From Geopsychrobacteraceae bacterium (GTDB lineage Bacteria; Desulfobacterota; Desulfuromonadia; Desulfuromonadales; Geopsychrobacteraceae), in the NCBI GenBank assembly GCA_963662315.1, contig OY759353.1, positions 80,306 through 144,305 of the forward strand: a stretch of 64,000 nt of DNA, written 5' to 3'. Positions within the stretch are counted from its first letter, which is position 1; every line of letters starts with the position of its first letter. Shown piece after piece: positions 51,733-60,774 of the stretch. The notes beneath the pieces were generated by a model that searched no databases, was not told the origin of the DNA, and saw nothing but the letters and a program-made list of their open reading frames with translations. The position numbers were made by a program, and so were the translations under genes.

Positions 51733-52293
51733 TTGAAAGCTAAGCATGTCCTCGGCATATTCATAATAATAACGGTTGTCCTTCTTGCTGTTGTTATTAC
51801 CAGGCATACCCTTGAACAGCCGCTTGCCGAAGTTGTGGAATCGTTGCCGGACAATGTTGATGTCGCGTTGACCAATCTACATTATTCCCACAATGAAAAC
51901 GGTATTCGGCAATGGGTCCTTGATGCCGATGAGGCAGAATATCAGCGCCAGGCGGGTCTTGCTCAGTTGTCAAACATCAGGTTGAAGTTTTTTAAAGCCG
52001 GATCTTTTTCTGAGATTGTGCTCTCAGCAAGGCATGGCACGTTTGATCAGAGCCGTAATCGGATAGAAATCTGGGATGATGTCCTGATCACGACGGACCG
52101 GCATGATCAGTTAACTCTTGACCGTCTCGTTTATGATCAGGCACTGAGGCAATTCAGCTCGGATGGTCCGGTAGCATATAAATCGTCTCAAATGTCGCTA
52201 GCGGGTCGTGGTTTACTGCTGAATATTGCGGAAGGTTCCCTGCTGATCAAGGAGCAGGTCCGGGCTCATTTGGAGCCGCAGACAGACAGGTAG
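51733..52293 (+). CDS. lptC: LPS export system protein LptC
   Basis: TTG start, N-terminal TM anchor and an OstA-like beta-jellyroll region. Sits between kdsC and lptA. Confidence 0.7.
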   Translation: MKAKHVLGIFIIITVVLLAVVITRHTLEQPLAEVVESLPDNVDVALTNLHYSHNENGIRQWVLDADEAEYQRQAGLAQLSNIRLKFFKAGSFSEIVLSARHGTFDQSRNRIEIWDDVLITTDRHDQLTLDRLVYDQALRQFSSDGPVAYKSSQMSLAGRGLLLNIAEGSLLIKEQVRAHLEPQTDR

Positions 52294-52299
52294 ATTCCC

Positions 52300-52800
52300 A
52301 TGCGTTATGTGTTTTGTTTATTAATTCTTTTGGGCGGATTGATGGTTACGCCAGGTCATGCTGCGCAACCATTGGCGGGGATGAATTTCAGTGAACCCCT
52401 GGAAATCTCTTCGCAGAAGCTTGAAGTTTTTCAGAATGATCGGAAAACGGTGTTCTCCGGTCAGGTCGTAGCCCGGCAAAATGAGTTTCAGCTGAATGCC
52501 GACCGGCTCACGGTTTTTTATAATGACAAGCAGAATCAGATTGTTCGCCTCGAAGCCGACGGCCAGGTACGGGTTGTTCAATTGGACCGTCAGGCTCAGG
52601 CAGATTATGCAGTTTTCAGCCAGGCTGACCAGCAGTTGGTCTTGCGGGGGCATGCACTGTTGCAGCAGGGGGCGAATCAGGTTGCCGGTGAAGAGATCGT
52701 TTTTGATCTGGTGAACAATACCAGCGTTGTGAAGAGTTCGGGAGACGGTCGGGTCAAAGCGACCATTCTTCCGCCACAAAAGGGGCCATCAGGGCAGTGA
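52300..52800 (+). CDS. lptA: LPS transport periplasmic protein LptA
   Basis: Signal peptide plus an OstA N-terminal-like domain ([24 protein letters not shown]). Position is conserved. Confidence 0.8.
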   Translation: MRYVFCLLILLGGLMVTPGHAAQPLAGMNFSEPLEISSQKLEVFQNDRKTVFSGQVVARQNEFQLNADRLTVFYNDKQNQIVRLEADGQVRVVQLDRQAQADYAVFSQADQQLVLRGHALLQQGANQVAGEEIVFDLVNNTSVVKSSGDGRVKATILPPQKGPSGQ

Positions 52801-53522
52801 GCCGTCAACTTCAAGCGATTGATTTAGAAAAGAGCTATGGCAAACGTCAGGTCGTTTGCGGTGTGAGTCTTAAGGTGTGTTCCGGCCAAGTTATTGGCCT
52901 GCTTGGTCCTAATGGGGCCGGCAAGACAACCAGCTTTTATATGGTTGTCGGACTCGCCCAGCCCGATAAGGGGGGGGTGTTCCTTGATGACGAAGAGATT
53001 ACCGCTGTTCCCATGTATCAACGTGCCAGGGCCGGTATTTCGTATCTGCCGCAAGAAGCGTCCATTTTTCGTAAACTGACAGTTGCTGAAAACCTGCTGG
53101 CTATTATTGAGACTCTTGGGTTAAGCTCGGTCGATGAAAAGCAGCGTCTTGAAGAGCTGCTAGTCGATCTGAATATTGCCCATATTCGCGACTCAAAAGG
53201 CTATGCACTTTCCGGGGGGGAGAGGCGCCGGGTTGAGATTGCCAGGTCACTGGTCCTGAATCCTGATTTTCTGTTGTTGGACGAACCGTTTGCCGGTATT
53301 GACCCTATTGCTGTTATCGATATTCAAAATATCATAAAACAGCTCAAGGCCCGCGGCATCGGGATCCTGATTTCTGACCACAATGTCCGTGAAACCCTGG
53401 GTGTATGTGATCAGGCGTATATTCTCAATCAGGGACGGGTTCTGGAGTATGGCACCCCTGAGGCTATCGCTGAAAGCCCCGTGGCACGCGAGATTTACCT
53501 TGGAGATAAATTTAGACTTTAA
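52797..53522 (+). CDS. lptB: LPS export ABC transporter ATP-binding protein LptB
   Basis: GTG start overlaps the lptA stop. [34 protein letters not shown]. Confidence 0.93.
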   Translation: MSRQLQAIDLEKSYGKRQVVCGVSLKVCSGQVIGLLGPNGAGKTTSFYMVVGLAQPDKGGVFLDDEEITAVPMYQRARAGISYLPQEASIFRKLTVAENLLAIIETLGLSSVDEKQRLEELLVDLNIAHIRDSKGYALSGGERRRVEIARSLVLNPDFLLLDEPFAGIDPIAVIDIQNIIKQLKARGIGILISDHNVRETLGVCDQAYILNQGRVLEYGTPEAIAESPVAREIYLGDKFRL

Positions 53523-53595
53523 TTGATAGTTGGGTATCTGGCTCTGCTATTGTTGTTTCTTGCCTACTAACTTTTGACTGGATTAGAACAAGACT

Positions 53596-55044
53596 ATGGC
53601 TCTAGATCTTCGCTTACAGGTTAAACTCAGCCAACAGCTGGTAATGACACCGCAACTGCAGCAGGCGATTAAGTTGTTACAGCTATCGCGTATGGAGCTG
53701 GTCGATGTCGTTAATCAGGAATTGGCTGAAAATCCTTTGCTCGAGGAAGGTCAGGATACCAAAGAAGAGCGTGAAGATGTGTCTTTGACTGATGAAACGC
53801 CTGAATCTTATGAATCTTCGCCAGAGCAGGAAATCAAAGGTGAAGATGAAGGGATGGGCGATATTGATTGGCAGACGTATCTGGAAGGGTACAGTTTGTC
53901 CAGCAGTGACAGTCGGGACAGTTATGAAGACCTTGAAGAGCGTCCATCATATGAAAGTCTTCTGACCAAGAAGAACAGTCTTTACGATCATTTGATGTGG
54001 CAGTTGAGTCTCTCTTCCTTTACTGAAGAAGAACTTGTTGTTGCCACTGAGATTATCGGTAACCTTGATGAGTCCGGGTATCTTAAATCCAGTATTGAAG
54101 AAATTGTCGAAATCACCCAACTGGAGCCTGAATTTGTTGAGGTGGTGCTCTACAAAGTGCAGCAATTTGATCCGGCCGGAGTTGCCTGTCGCGATCTCCA
54201 GGAATGTCTGATTCTTCAGCTTGAGCGGGTTGATCTCGATGAGTCTCTGGCTGCTGATATTCTGAATAACTGTCTTGCCGAACTTGAAGGGCGTAAATAT
54301 CCAGTTATCGCAAAAATGCTAAAGGTGTCTCTTGAGGAAGTACTGACTGCTGCCAAGCTGATTTCAGAACTGGATCCGCGTCCCGGGCGGGCTTATAATG
54401 AAGAAGACATACACTACATATCTCCGGATATTTTTGTCCACAAAGTCGGCGATGAGTATGTTGTGACGCAAAATGATGAAGGTTTGCCTAATCTGCGCAT
54501 CAATTCTTTTTATCGCAATGCCTTAAGTAACAGTTCCAGCGTGGATAAAAAGGCGGGGGAATACATTCAGGATAAAATGCGCAGTGCGGTCTGGTTGATC
54601 AAGAGCATTCATCAGCGCCAGCGAACAATTTATAAGGTGACAAAAAGTATTGTCAAATTTCAGCGCGATTTCTTTGATTACGGTATTGAACACCTGAAAC
54701 CCTTGGTGTTGCGGGATGTCGCCGAAGACATTGAAATGCACGAATCGACCGTCAGCCGTGTAACCACCAATAAATATGTGCAGACCCCTCAGGGGCTGTT
54801 TGAGCTGAAATTCTTTTTTAACAGTGGTATCAATACAGCAGATGGTGATGCTGTTGCCTCTGAGAGTGTCAAAAGCCGGATTAAGGAAATAATCGGTGGG
54901 GAAGATCCGAAAAAACCTTATTCCGATCAGAAAATAGTGGCACTTCTCAAGGAGCAGGATATTAATATTGCGCGCCGGACGGTTACCAAATATCGCGAGA
55001 TGCTTGGTCTCGGATCTTCAACTGAGCGCAAGCGTCTGTTCTGA
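53596..55044 (+). CDS. rpoN: RNA polymerase sigma-54 factor
   Basis: N-terminal LTPQLQQAIKLLQLSRMEL, an acidic region II, and the C-terminal RpoN box ARRTVTKYRE. Confidence 0.95.
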   Translation: MALDLRLQVKLSQQLVMTPQLQQAIKLLQLSRMELVDVVNQELAENPLLEEGQDTKEEREDVSLTDETPESYESSPEQEIKGEDEGMGDIDWQTYLEGYSLSSSDSRDSYEDLEERPSYESLLTKKNSLYDHLMWQLSLSSFTEEELVVATEIIGNLDESGYLKSSIEEIVEITQLEPEFVEVVLYKVQQFDPAGVACRDLQECLILQLERVDLDESLAADILNNCLAELEGRKYPVIAKMLKVSLEEVLTAAKLISELDPRPGRAYNEEDIHYISPDIFVHKVGDEYVVTQNDEGLPNLRINSFYRNALSNSSSVDKKAGEYIQDKMRSAVWLIKSIHQRQRTIYKVTKSIVKFQRDFFDYGIEHLKPLVLRDVAEDIEMHESTVSRVTTNKYVQTPQGLFELKFFFNSGINTADGDAVASESVKSRIKEIIGGEDPKKPYSDQKIVALLKEQDINIARRTVTKYREMLGLGSSTERKRLF

Positions 55045-55142
55045 AAAAGTTACTTAAAGGGGTGTATGACGCCTAATTCTGCGTTATAATTACAATTAAC
55101 CCAGGTTCTATACCAGAACCTGTTCTTGCAAGGAGGCTGCTT

Positions 55143-55691
55143 ATGCAAATAACCGTTACCTTCCGTCATATGGAAAGCAGTGACGCCGTGCGCAGTTATG
55201 TCGAAGAAAAACTCGCTCGCGTAAAAAAGTATATTGATGAGCCGATCGACGCTCAGGTTGTGTTATCAGTTCAAAAGAAAATAAACCACCGTGCTGAAGT
55301 GACCATGGTTGCCAAAGGTCTGACGATGAAGAGCATGGAGGAAAAAGATGATATGTATGCAGCCATCGATCTGATGGTTGATAAAATTGAACGTCAGCTG
55401 AAACGCTATAAAGAAAAACTGAAACAACACAAAGGGACCACGACGAGCCAGCGGTTGGTGGCCAAGACCGTTCTTTCGGCAGTCAGTGTTGATGAGGGGC
55501 ACGAGAGTCCCGAGATCATCCGTAGTCATTCCTTCTTTGTTAAACCGATGTCTGTAGAAGAAGCGGTTATGCAGATGGACCTGCTGAATAAAGACTTTCT
55601 GGTATTTACCGATGACCGCTCGGAAGAAATGAATGTTGTTTATCGCCGTAAGGACGGTAATTACGGTTTAATCGTCCCTCAGGGAAGTTAA
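55143..55691 (+). CDS. hpf: Ribosome hibernation promoting factor (long form)
   Basis: MQITVTFRHMESSDAVRSYVEEKL... is an S30AE domain, followed by a C-terminal dimerisation domain (FVKPMSVEEAVMQMDLLNKDFLVF). Confidence 0.9.
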   Translation: MQITVTFRHMESSDAVRSYVEEKLARVKKYIDEPIDAQVVLSVQKKINHRAEVTMVAKGLTMKSMEEKDDMYAAIDLMVDKIERQLKRYKEKLKQHKGTTTSQRLVAKTVLSAVSVDEGHESPEIIRSHSFFVKPMSVEEAVMQMDLLNKDFLVFTDDRSEEMNVVYRRKDGNYGLIVPQGS

Positions 55692-55709
55692 TTATATACG
55701 GGTGTTAAC

Positions 55710-55742
55710 GGGCCTGTTCCGGTATTTGGCCGGGACAGGCCC
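55710..55742 (+). other. 13-bp GC-rich stem-loop in the hpf-ptsN spacer
   Basis: GGGCCTGTTCCGG (55710-55722) pairs with CCGGGACAGGCCC (55730-55742) with one G-U pair. No U-tract follows. Confidence 0.5.
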
Positions 55743-55773
55743 GAGCCTTCTCTTGCTAATAAAGAAACTTGTT

Positions 55774-56229
55774 ATGAAAATTTCTGAATTATTGAATCCT
55801 GAAGCAATCGTTGCCGATCTGAGCGCAAAAGATAAAAGTGCTGCTTTGGCAGAGTTGACCGATGCCTTGATAGTCTGTGAACCCGGTCTTGACCGTGACG
55901 CAGTCATCGCCGTGTTGCAAGAACGTGAAAAACTAGGCAGTACAGGAATTGGAGATGGCGTCGCAATTCCTCATGGCAAATTACCAGGATTGCCTGAGTT
56001 GAAATTGGCGTTCGGACGGAGTCGGGGGGGGGTTGATTTTGAATCAATGGATGGCCAGCCCGCTTTCTTGTTCTTTCTTTTGGTTGCACCCGAAGAATCG
56101 GTTGGTGTCCACCTGAAAACCTTAGCCCGTATTTCCAAGTTGTTGAAAGATTCAACTGTACGCAAACAGCTGATTGACGCTGGCGATGCCAAGGATATTT
56201 ATCAGATTATCGTTGATGAGGAGGGGTAG
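55774..56229 (+). CDS. ptsN: PTS IIA-Ntr (nitrogen regulatory EIIA)
   Basis: ATG at 55774. Active-site region GIGDGVAIPHGKL. Position after rpoN-hpf is conserved. Confidence 0.85.
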   Translation: MKISELLNPEAIVADLSAKDKSAALAELTDALIVCEPGLDRDAVIAVLQEREKLGSTGIGDGVAIPHGKLPGLPELKLAFGRSRGGVDFESMDGQPAFLFFLLVAPEESVGVHLKTLARISKLLKDSTVRKQLIDAGDAKDIYQIIVDEEG

Positions 56230-56284
56230 CCCCTCATGTCCGCTCTTTATAGGCGAATAGTGGTGTATAAGCACGAGGGATTTT

Positions 56285-57259
56285 ATGCCGAAGCTCTCCA
56301 TACAGGAAATTCTAGACGAAACGGAAGCCGGGCTTGATCTCGAACTGCTTGCCGGAGCCGATGGGCTGAACAAGTGTATTTCTGTTCCTAGAATTCAGAA
56401 GCCCGGCCTGGCCTTGGCCGGGTATATTGACAGTCTGCATGCCGACAGGGCGCAAATTCTCGGGGCCACGGAATTAAGTTTTTTAGCCGGCATGCCGGAA
56501 GAAAAGGCTAGAGAACAAGTCGAGCAACTTTGCCAGCGGGACCTGTCCTGCCTGATTGTGACCAAGAATCAGGTTGTTCCTGCTTATCTTATTGAGTCTG
56601 CCAACCGTGGTAATACCCCTCTGCTAAGAACCAGCCATCTCAGTTCTCATTTTATTTCGCTGATCACCCGCTTCCTTGAGGAACGTCTGTTGCCGACATC
56701 AACACTTCATGGAGTTCTTGTTGATGTCCTTGGCATGGGGGTCCTGATTCAGGGGAAAAGCGGGGTTGGAAAGAGTGAGTGTGCTTTGGAATTGATTCTC
56801 CGTGGTCACCGGCTAGTGGCCGATGATATCGTTAAAGTGCGCTTTAAGCTACCGTCAGTCGTCTTTGGGGAGGGGATGGATCTGCTCCATCATCATATGG
56901 AGATCCGTGGCCTGGGTATTATCAATCTGAAGCATCTTTTTGGGGTCGCTGCTATTCGGGAACGAAAAAAAATTGATCTGGTTGTTGAGCTGGTCGCCTG
57001 GAATGAGCAGGAAACCTATGACCGCCTTGGGGTCGATGATATGACATTCAACCTGCATGGTGTAGAGTTGCCATTTGTCAGGGTGCCCGTCGCTCCAGGG
57101 CGCAATATCAGCTCCATTGTCGAGGTTGCAGCTCGTAACCAGTTACTGAAAGAAATGGGTTACCACAGTGCCCGCGAATTTCAGGAGCTCCTTGAACGAC
57201 GTATGGCCGAGGCCGCACAGCTTCATTCTCATACGATTATTGGAGATGATCTCGAATGA
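56285..57259 (+). CDS. hprK: HPr kinase/phosphorylase
   Basis: P-loop GKSGVGKSECALEL, LVADD, and the EIRGLGIINL signature. Confidence 0.9.
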   Translation: MPKLSIQEILDETEAGLDLELLAGADGLNKCISVPRIQKPGLALAGYIDSLHADRAQILGATELSFLAGMPEEKAREQVEQLCQRDLSCLIVTKNQVVPAYLIESANRGNTPLLRTSHLSSHFISLITRFLEERLLPTSTLHGVLVDVLGMGVLIQGKSGVGKSECALELILRGHRLVADDIVKVRFKLPSVVFGEGMDLLHHHMEIRGLGIINLKHLFGVAAIRERKKIDLVVELVAWNEQETYDRLGVDDMTFNLHGVELPFVRVPVAPGRNISSIVEVAARNQLLKEMGYHSAREFQELLERRMAEAAQLHSHTIIGDDLE

Positions 57260-58116
57260 TCAGCCGTCTTCTCGTTATTACCGGTTTGTCCGGTTCCGGC
57301 AAGTCTACAGCAGCTCGAGCCCTCGAGGATCAGGGCTTCTTCGTTGTTGATAACCTACCTCTGGTCATGCTGCCAGACTTTGTCCGGCGTGCTGAAGAGG
57401 GGTTACAGGACAAGGCCAATGTCGCTGTTGTCATTGATGTCCGGAATCGCGGGTTTCTGGTCGATCAGGGGGGGACGTTTGACAGTTTACGCCATGCAGG
57501 TTACCGTCTCGATATCCTGTTTATTGAGGCCGCTGATGATGTTTTGCTACGGCGTTATTCAGAGACCCGCCGCCTGCATCCCCTGGCTCTTTCTGATTCA
57601 GTTATGGACGGTATCCAGCGTGAACGCCAGCAGTTGCGCCTGTTACGTGAAAGCGCGACCCAAATTATCGACAGCAGTAATCTGACCACCCTGCAACTTA
57701 AAAATTCGATGCTGACCTGGTTGGGTGAAGATCAGCAATCCGCCTTGATTGTCAATCTTGAGTCCTTTGGTTATCGCTATGGAGTGCCACCGGCTGCCGA
57801 TCTGGTTTTTGATGTTCGTTTTTTGCCAAATCCGCACTATATTGATCACTTACGTCCTTTGACCGGGTGCGATCCTGTTCTGCGTGAATACGTACTTGGG
57901 CAGCCTGTGTGCCAGGAATTTCTTGGTCATCTGAAACAATTACTGGAATTTCTCATTCCTCATTATCATAATGAGGGGAAGAGTTATTTAACGATTGCAA
58001 TTGGTTGTACCGGTGGAAGACATCGCAGTGTGTCGATTGTTGAGTATTTGCACAATAACTTCCCTGCCTCGCGCGTTGAGATGCGTGTTCAGCATCGGGA
58101 TATCGCAAAGGGTTGA
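57256..58116 (+). CDS. rapZ: RNase adapter protein RapZ (YhbJ)
   Basis: ATGA overlap with hprK. ITGLSGSGKSTA...DVRFLPNPHY...IGCTGGRHRSV match RapZ. Confidence 0.9.
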   Translation: MISRLLVITGLSGSGKSTAARALEDQGFFVVDNLPLVMLPDFVRRAEEGLQDKANVAVVIDVRNRGFLVDQGGTFDSLRHAGYRLDILFIEAADDVLLRRYSETRRLHPLALSDSVMDGIQRERQQLRLLRESATQIIDSSNLTTLQLKNSMLTWLGEDQQSALIVNLESFGYRYGVPPAADLVFDVRFLPNPHYIDHLRPLTGCDPVLREYVLGQPVCQEFLGHLKQLLEFLIPHYHNEGKSYLTIAIGCTGGRHRSVSIVEYLHNNFPASRVEMRVQHRDIAKG

Positions 58117-58119
58117 TGA

Positions 58120-58518
58120 ATGATTGGTCTGGTTATTATTTCTCATGGCAGACTCGCTGCAGAACTGGTTCTCTCTGCTGAGATGATCATTGGTCCCCTG
58201 GAAAAAACCGCCAGTGTAAATATTGATCGCCAGATGTCGCCTGATGCTGCAGTGAAGGAGCTGCGTGCGGCTGTCGCTGCAGCAGGCGTCGATGAGGACG
58301 GGGTTATCATTCTGACCGATTTATTCGGTGGTACGCCGACCAATCTCAGTGTTGAGTTTCTGTCTAGTGGACAGGTTGAAATTATCACTGGCGTGAATCT
58401 GCCTATGGTATTGAAGTGTGCAAGTGGCAGGCTTAATAAAGGGCTTTCAGAATTAGCGTCGTTTCTAAAGGATTACGCTAAAGAGGCAATTATCCGCCCG
58501 AGTGAGCTGCTAAGATAA
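58120..58518 (+). CDS. PTS mannose-family EIIA component
   Basis: MIGLVIISHGRLAAEL contains the phospho-His region. DLFGGTP also fits the EIIA-Man fold pattern. Confidence 0.8.
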   Translation: MIGLVIISHGRLAAELVLSAEMIIGPLEKTASVNIDRQMSPDAAVKELRAAVAAAGVDEDGVIILTDLFGGTPTNLSVEFLSSGQVEIITGVNLPMVLKCASGRLNKGLSELASFLKDYAKEAIIRPSELLR

Positions 58519-58542
58519 ACTGACAGAAATTTGAGGCGTTTT

Positions 58543-59031
58543 ATGTCCCTTGTGTTAACACGTGTCGACAACAGATTAATACACGGTCAGGTATTGGAAT
58601 CCTGGGTGCCTTTTCTCCAGGCTGACTGTATTCTGGTTGCCAATGATGATATTGCCGGTAATCCTCTTAAAAAAATGATGATGCAGGCTTCTGTCCCGAG
58701 TCGCATGAAGGTTGAAATCGGTCGCGTTGAACAGATTGCCAGTCTGCTTAAGGACGGTCAGTATCAGAATTCTAAAATTCTGCTGCTTTTCGGGACCACC
58801 ACAGATGCACTGAAGGCCTTTCGTCTCGGGCTTGAATTTGCCCAGCTGAATTTGGGCAACCTGCATGCGGAAAGAGGCAAAGCGCAATTGTGCTGTACGG
58901 TTTTTCTTGATCCTGCGGATGTTGAAGATCTTGAATATCTTGATCGGCATGGTGTTGATATCTCTGCGCGCTGTATTCCCGCGGATAATGCCCGACCTTG
59001 GCGTAAGCTGGTCCCATTGGCAAAGGGGTAG
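58543..59031 (+). CDS. PTS mannose/sorbose-family EIIB component
   Basis: ATG at 58543. The N-terminal RVDNRLIHGQV motif carries the phospho-His of IIB-Man. Confidence 0.8.
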   Translation: MSLVLTRVDNRLIHGQVLESWVPFLQADCILVANDDIAGNPLKKMMMQASVPSRMKVEIGRVEQIASLLKDGQYQNSKILLLFGTTTDALKAFRLGLEFAQLNLGNLHAERGKAQLCCTVFLDPADVEDLEYLDRHGVDISARCIPADNARPWRKLVPLAKG

Positions 59032-59036
59032 GATGA

Positions 59037-59726
59037 TTGTTTGAAAGCGTTCTGTTAGGAGGACTGGCCAGCCTCATCTGTGGACTTGATCGTATTGCTG
59101 TCATGCAGATCATGCTTTCGCGGCCGCTTGTCGCCGCGCCACTGACGGCCTGGCTGTTGGGAGCCCCTGAACTAGGTTTGCAGGTCGGCATCATGCTTGA
59201 GCTACTCTGGTTGGCGCGCTTGCCGGTTGGAGCAGCAGTTCCCCCTGATGATACCCAGGTTGCCGTGGCTGCTGCCGTTCTTTCCGTCTTTTTTTCCGCA
59301 GAGTACCCCGACGCGGGAATAGCCATCGTCGTATTGTGTTTATTGGTATGTTTACCGTTTGGCAAAATAGGTCAATATTTTGATCATTATGCGCGGCAGT
59401 TTAATAACCGGCTGCCGAGAACCGCTGAAGAAATGATTGAACGGGGAGCTTTACGTCAGGCAGAACTGCAGCATCTGCGCGGTCTTCTGGATTTTAGCAT
59501 TGCGATTGTTTGTACGTATCTGGTTGTTATTGGCGGTGGACTACTGATGATTCCGCTTCTGTGGCCACCCTTTCAGGCTGTGCTTGTCAGCTCCAGCCCC
59601 TGGTTGATGTTGGCCTTGCCCCTGGTTGGTATTGCGGTTATTTTGGGAACCATCAATGTCAGCCGTGCTCTGACTCTGTTCAGTGCTGCCTTCGGTATGG
59701 CATTTCTGTTGTTGTGGCTGGTTTAG
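59037..59726 (+). CDS. PTS mannose-family EIIC membrane component
   Basis: TTG start. Hydrophobic, 229 aa. GLDRIAVMQIMLSRPLVAAPLTAWLLG...LELLWL fits the IIC-Man pattern. Confidence 0.72.
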   Translation: MFESVLLGGLASLICGLDRIAVMQIMLSRPLVAAPLTAWLLGAPELGLQVGIMLELLWLARLPVGAAVPPDDTQVAVAAAVLSVFFSAEYPDAGIAIVVLCLLVCLPFGKIGQYFDHYARQFNNRLPRTAEEMIERGALRQAELQHLRGLLDFSIAIVCTYLVVIGGGLLMIPLLWPPFQAVLVSSSPWLMLALPLVGIAVILGTINVSRALTLFSAAFGMAFLLLWLV

Positions 59727-59728
59727 CT

Positions 59729-60499
59729 ATGGTTATTACGCCAATAACAAAATTGCATATCTGGCTACGGCTCCTGTTGCTTCAGTCCAGCTGGAACTAT
59801 GAAAGGCATCAGGGCCTGGGTTTTTTTTATGCATTGTTGCCTGGGCTTAAAAAATTATACAGCGGGCAGCAGTTGCTCGACGTATCTCGCCGTTATGTTG
59901 GTTATTTCAATACTCATCCGTACCTGACTCCGTTAGTAGCAGGGGCGGTGTTAAGGCTTGAAGAAGAATTGGCAAAGGGGAATACCCCGCCGGTTGATGT
60001 TGATGATTTTAAAGAAATTGTCGCAGCGCCTTACGCGGCTATAGGTGATGCTTTGTTTTGGGGGGGGATGCGACCTCTGGCCGCTGGCATCGGATTGTTC
60101 TTTGCTATAAAAGGGTTGCTGTGGACCCCTTTGGTATTTTTAGCCTTCTTCAATGTTGTGCCCCTCTGGTTTCGTGGTGTTTTTTTTCTGCGAGGTTATC
60201 GCCAGGGTTTGAAATCCGTTGAATTTATTCAGCAGAATCGCTTGCCCGATTGGGCGGTTCATACGAAAGAAACTGCGATTATCATTCTTGGTGGCCTGAG
60301 TGCTTTCATGGTTTTTGCTCACGTCAACCATCACGGTCTTACGGAATGGTTCGGTTTTTTTACGATCATTCCTGTGGCGGCGCTGAGCTACGTCGCTCGC
60401 AAAGGGATATCCGCTTCCTGGCTGATCTCGATTGTTACACTGGTGATTTTATTACTTGGATTATTTTGGGTCGATCTGACTCAATTGTTAAACGTTTAG
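59729..60499 (+). CDS. PTS mannose-family EIID membrane component
   Basis: ATG at 59729. The N-terminal RLLLLQSSWNYERHQGLGFFYALLPGLKKLY matches the IID signature (SWNYERMQ-like). C-terminal TM helices. Confidence 0.75.
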   Translation: MVITPITKLHIWLRLLLLQSSWNYERHQGLGFFYALLPGLKKLYSGQQLLDVSRRYVGYFNTHPYLTPLVAGAVLRLEEELAKGNTPPVDVDDFKEIVAAPYAAIGDALFWGGMRPLAAGIGLFFAIKGLLWTPLVFLAFFNVVPLWFRGVFFLRGYRQGLKSVEFIQQNRLPDWAVHTKETAIIILGGLSAFMVFAHVNHHGLTEWFGFFTIIPVAALSYVARKGISASWLISIVTLVILLLGLFWVDLTQLLNV

Positions 60500-60507
60500 A
60501 GGATAGA

Positions 60508-60774
60508 ATGCAAAGTCGGAACTTTACAATAAAGAACAGGCTCGGGTTGCATGCGAGGGCAGCGGCTCAGCTGGTGCAGACCGCAAATAAATTTACTTCA
60601 GAAGTTGTCCTGAAAAAGGACGATGTTGAAGTTAACGGGAAAAGTATTATGGGAATTTTGCTCCTGGCTGCGCCGCAGGGAACTGATATCAGTGTTGATG
60701 TCAGTGGTGCAGATGAGGATTTGGCGATGATAACAATTGCGGATTTGATTGAGGACGGATTTGGGGAAGATTAA
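60508..60774 (+). CDS. ptsH: Phosphocarrier protein HPr
   Basis: ATG at 60508. The His15 region is GLHARAA and the Ser46 region is NGKSIMGIL. Confidence 0.9.
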   Translation: MQSRNFTIKNRLGLHARAAAQLVQTANKFTSEVVLKKDDVEVNGKSIMGILLLAAPQGTDISVDVSGADEDLAMITIADLIEDGFGED

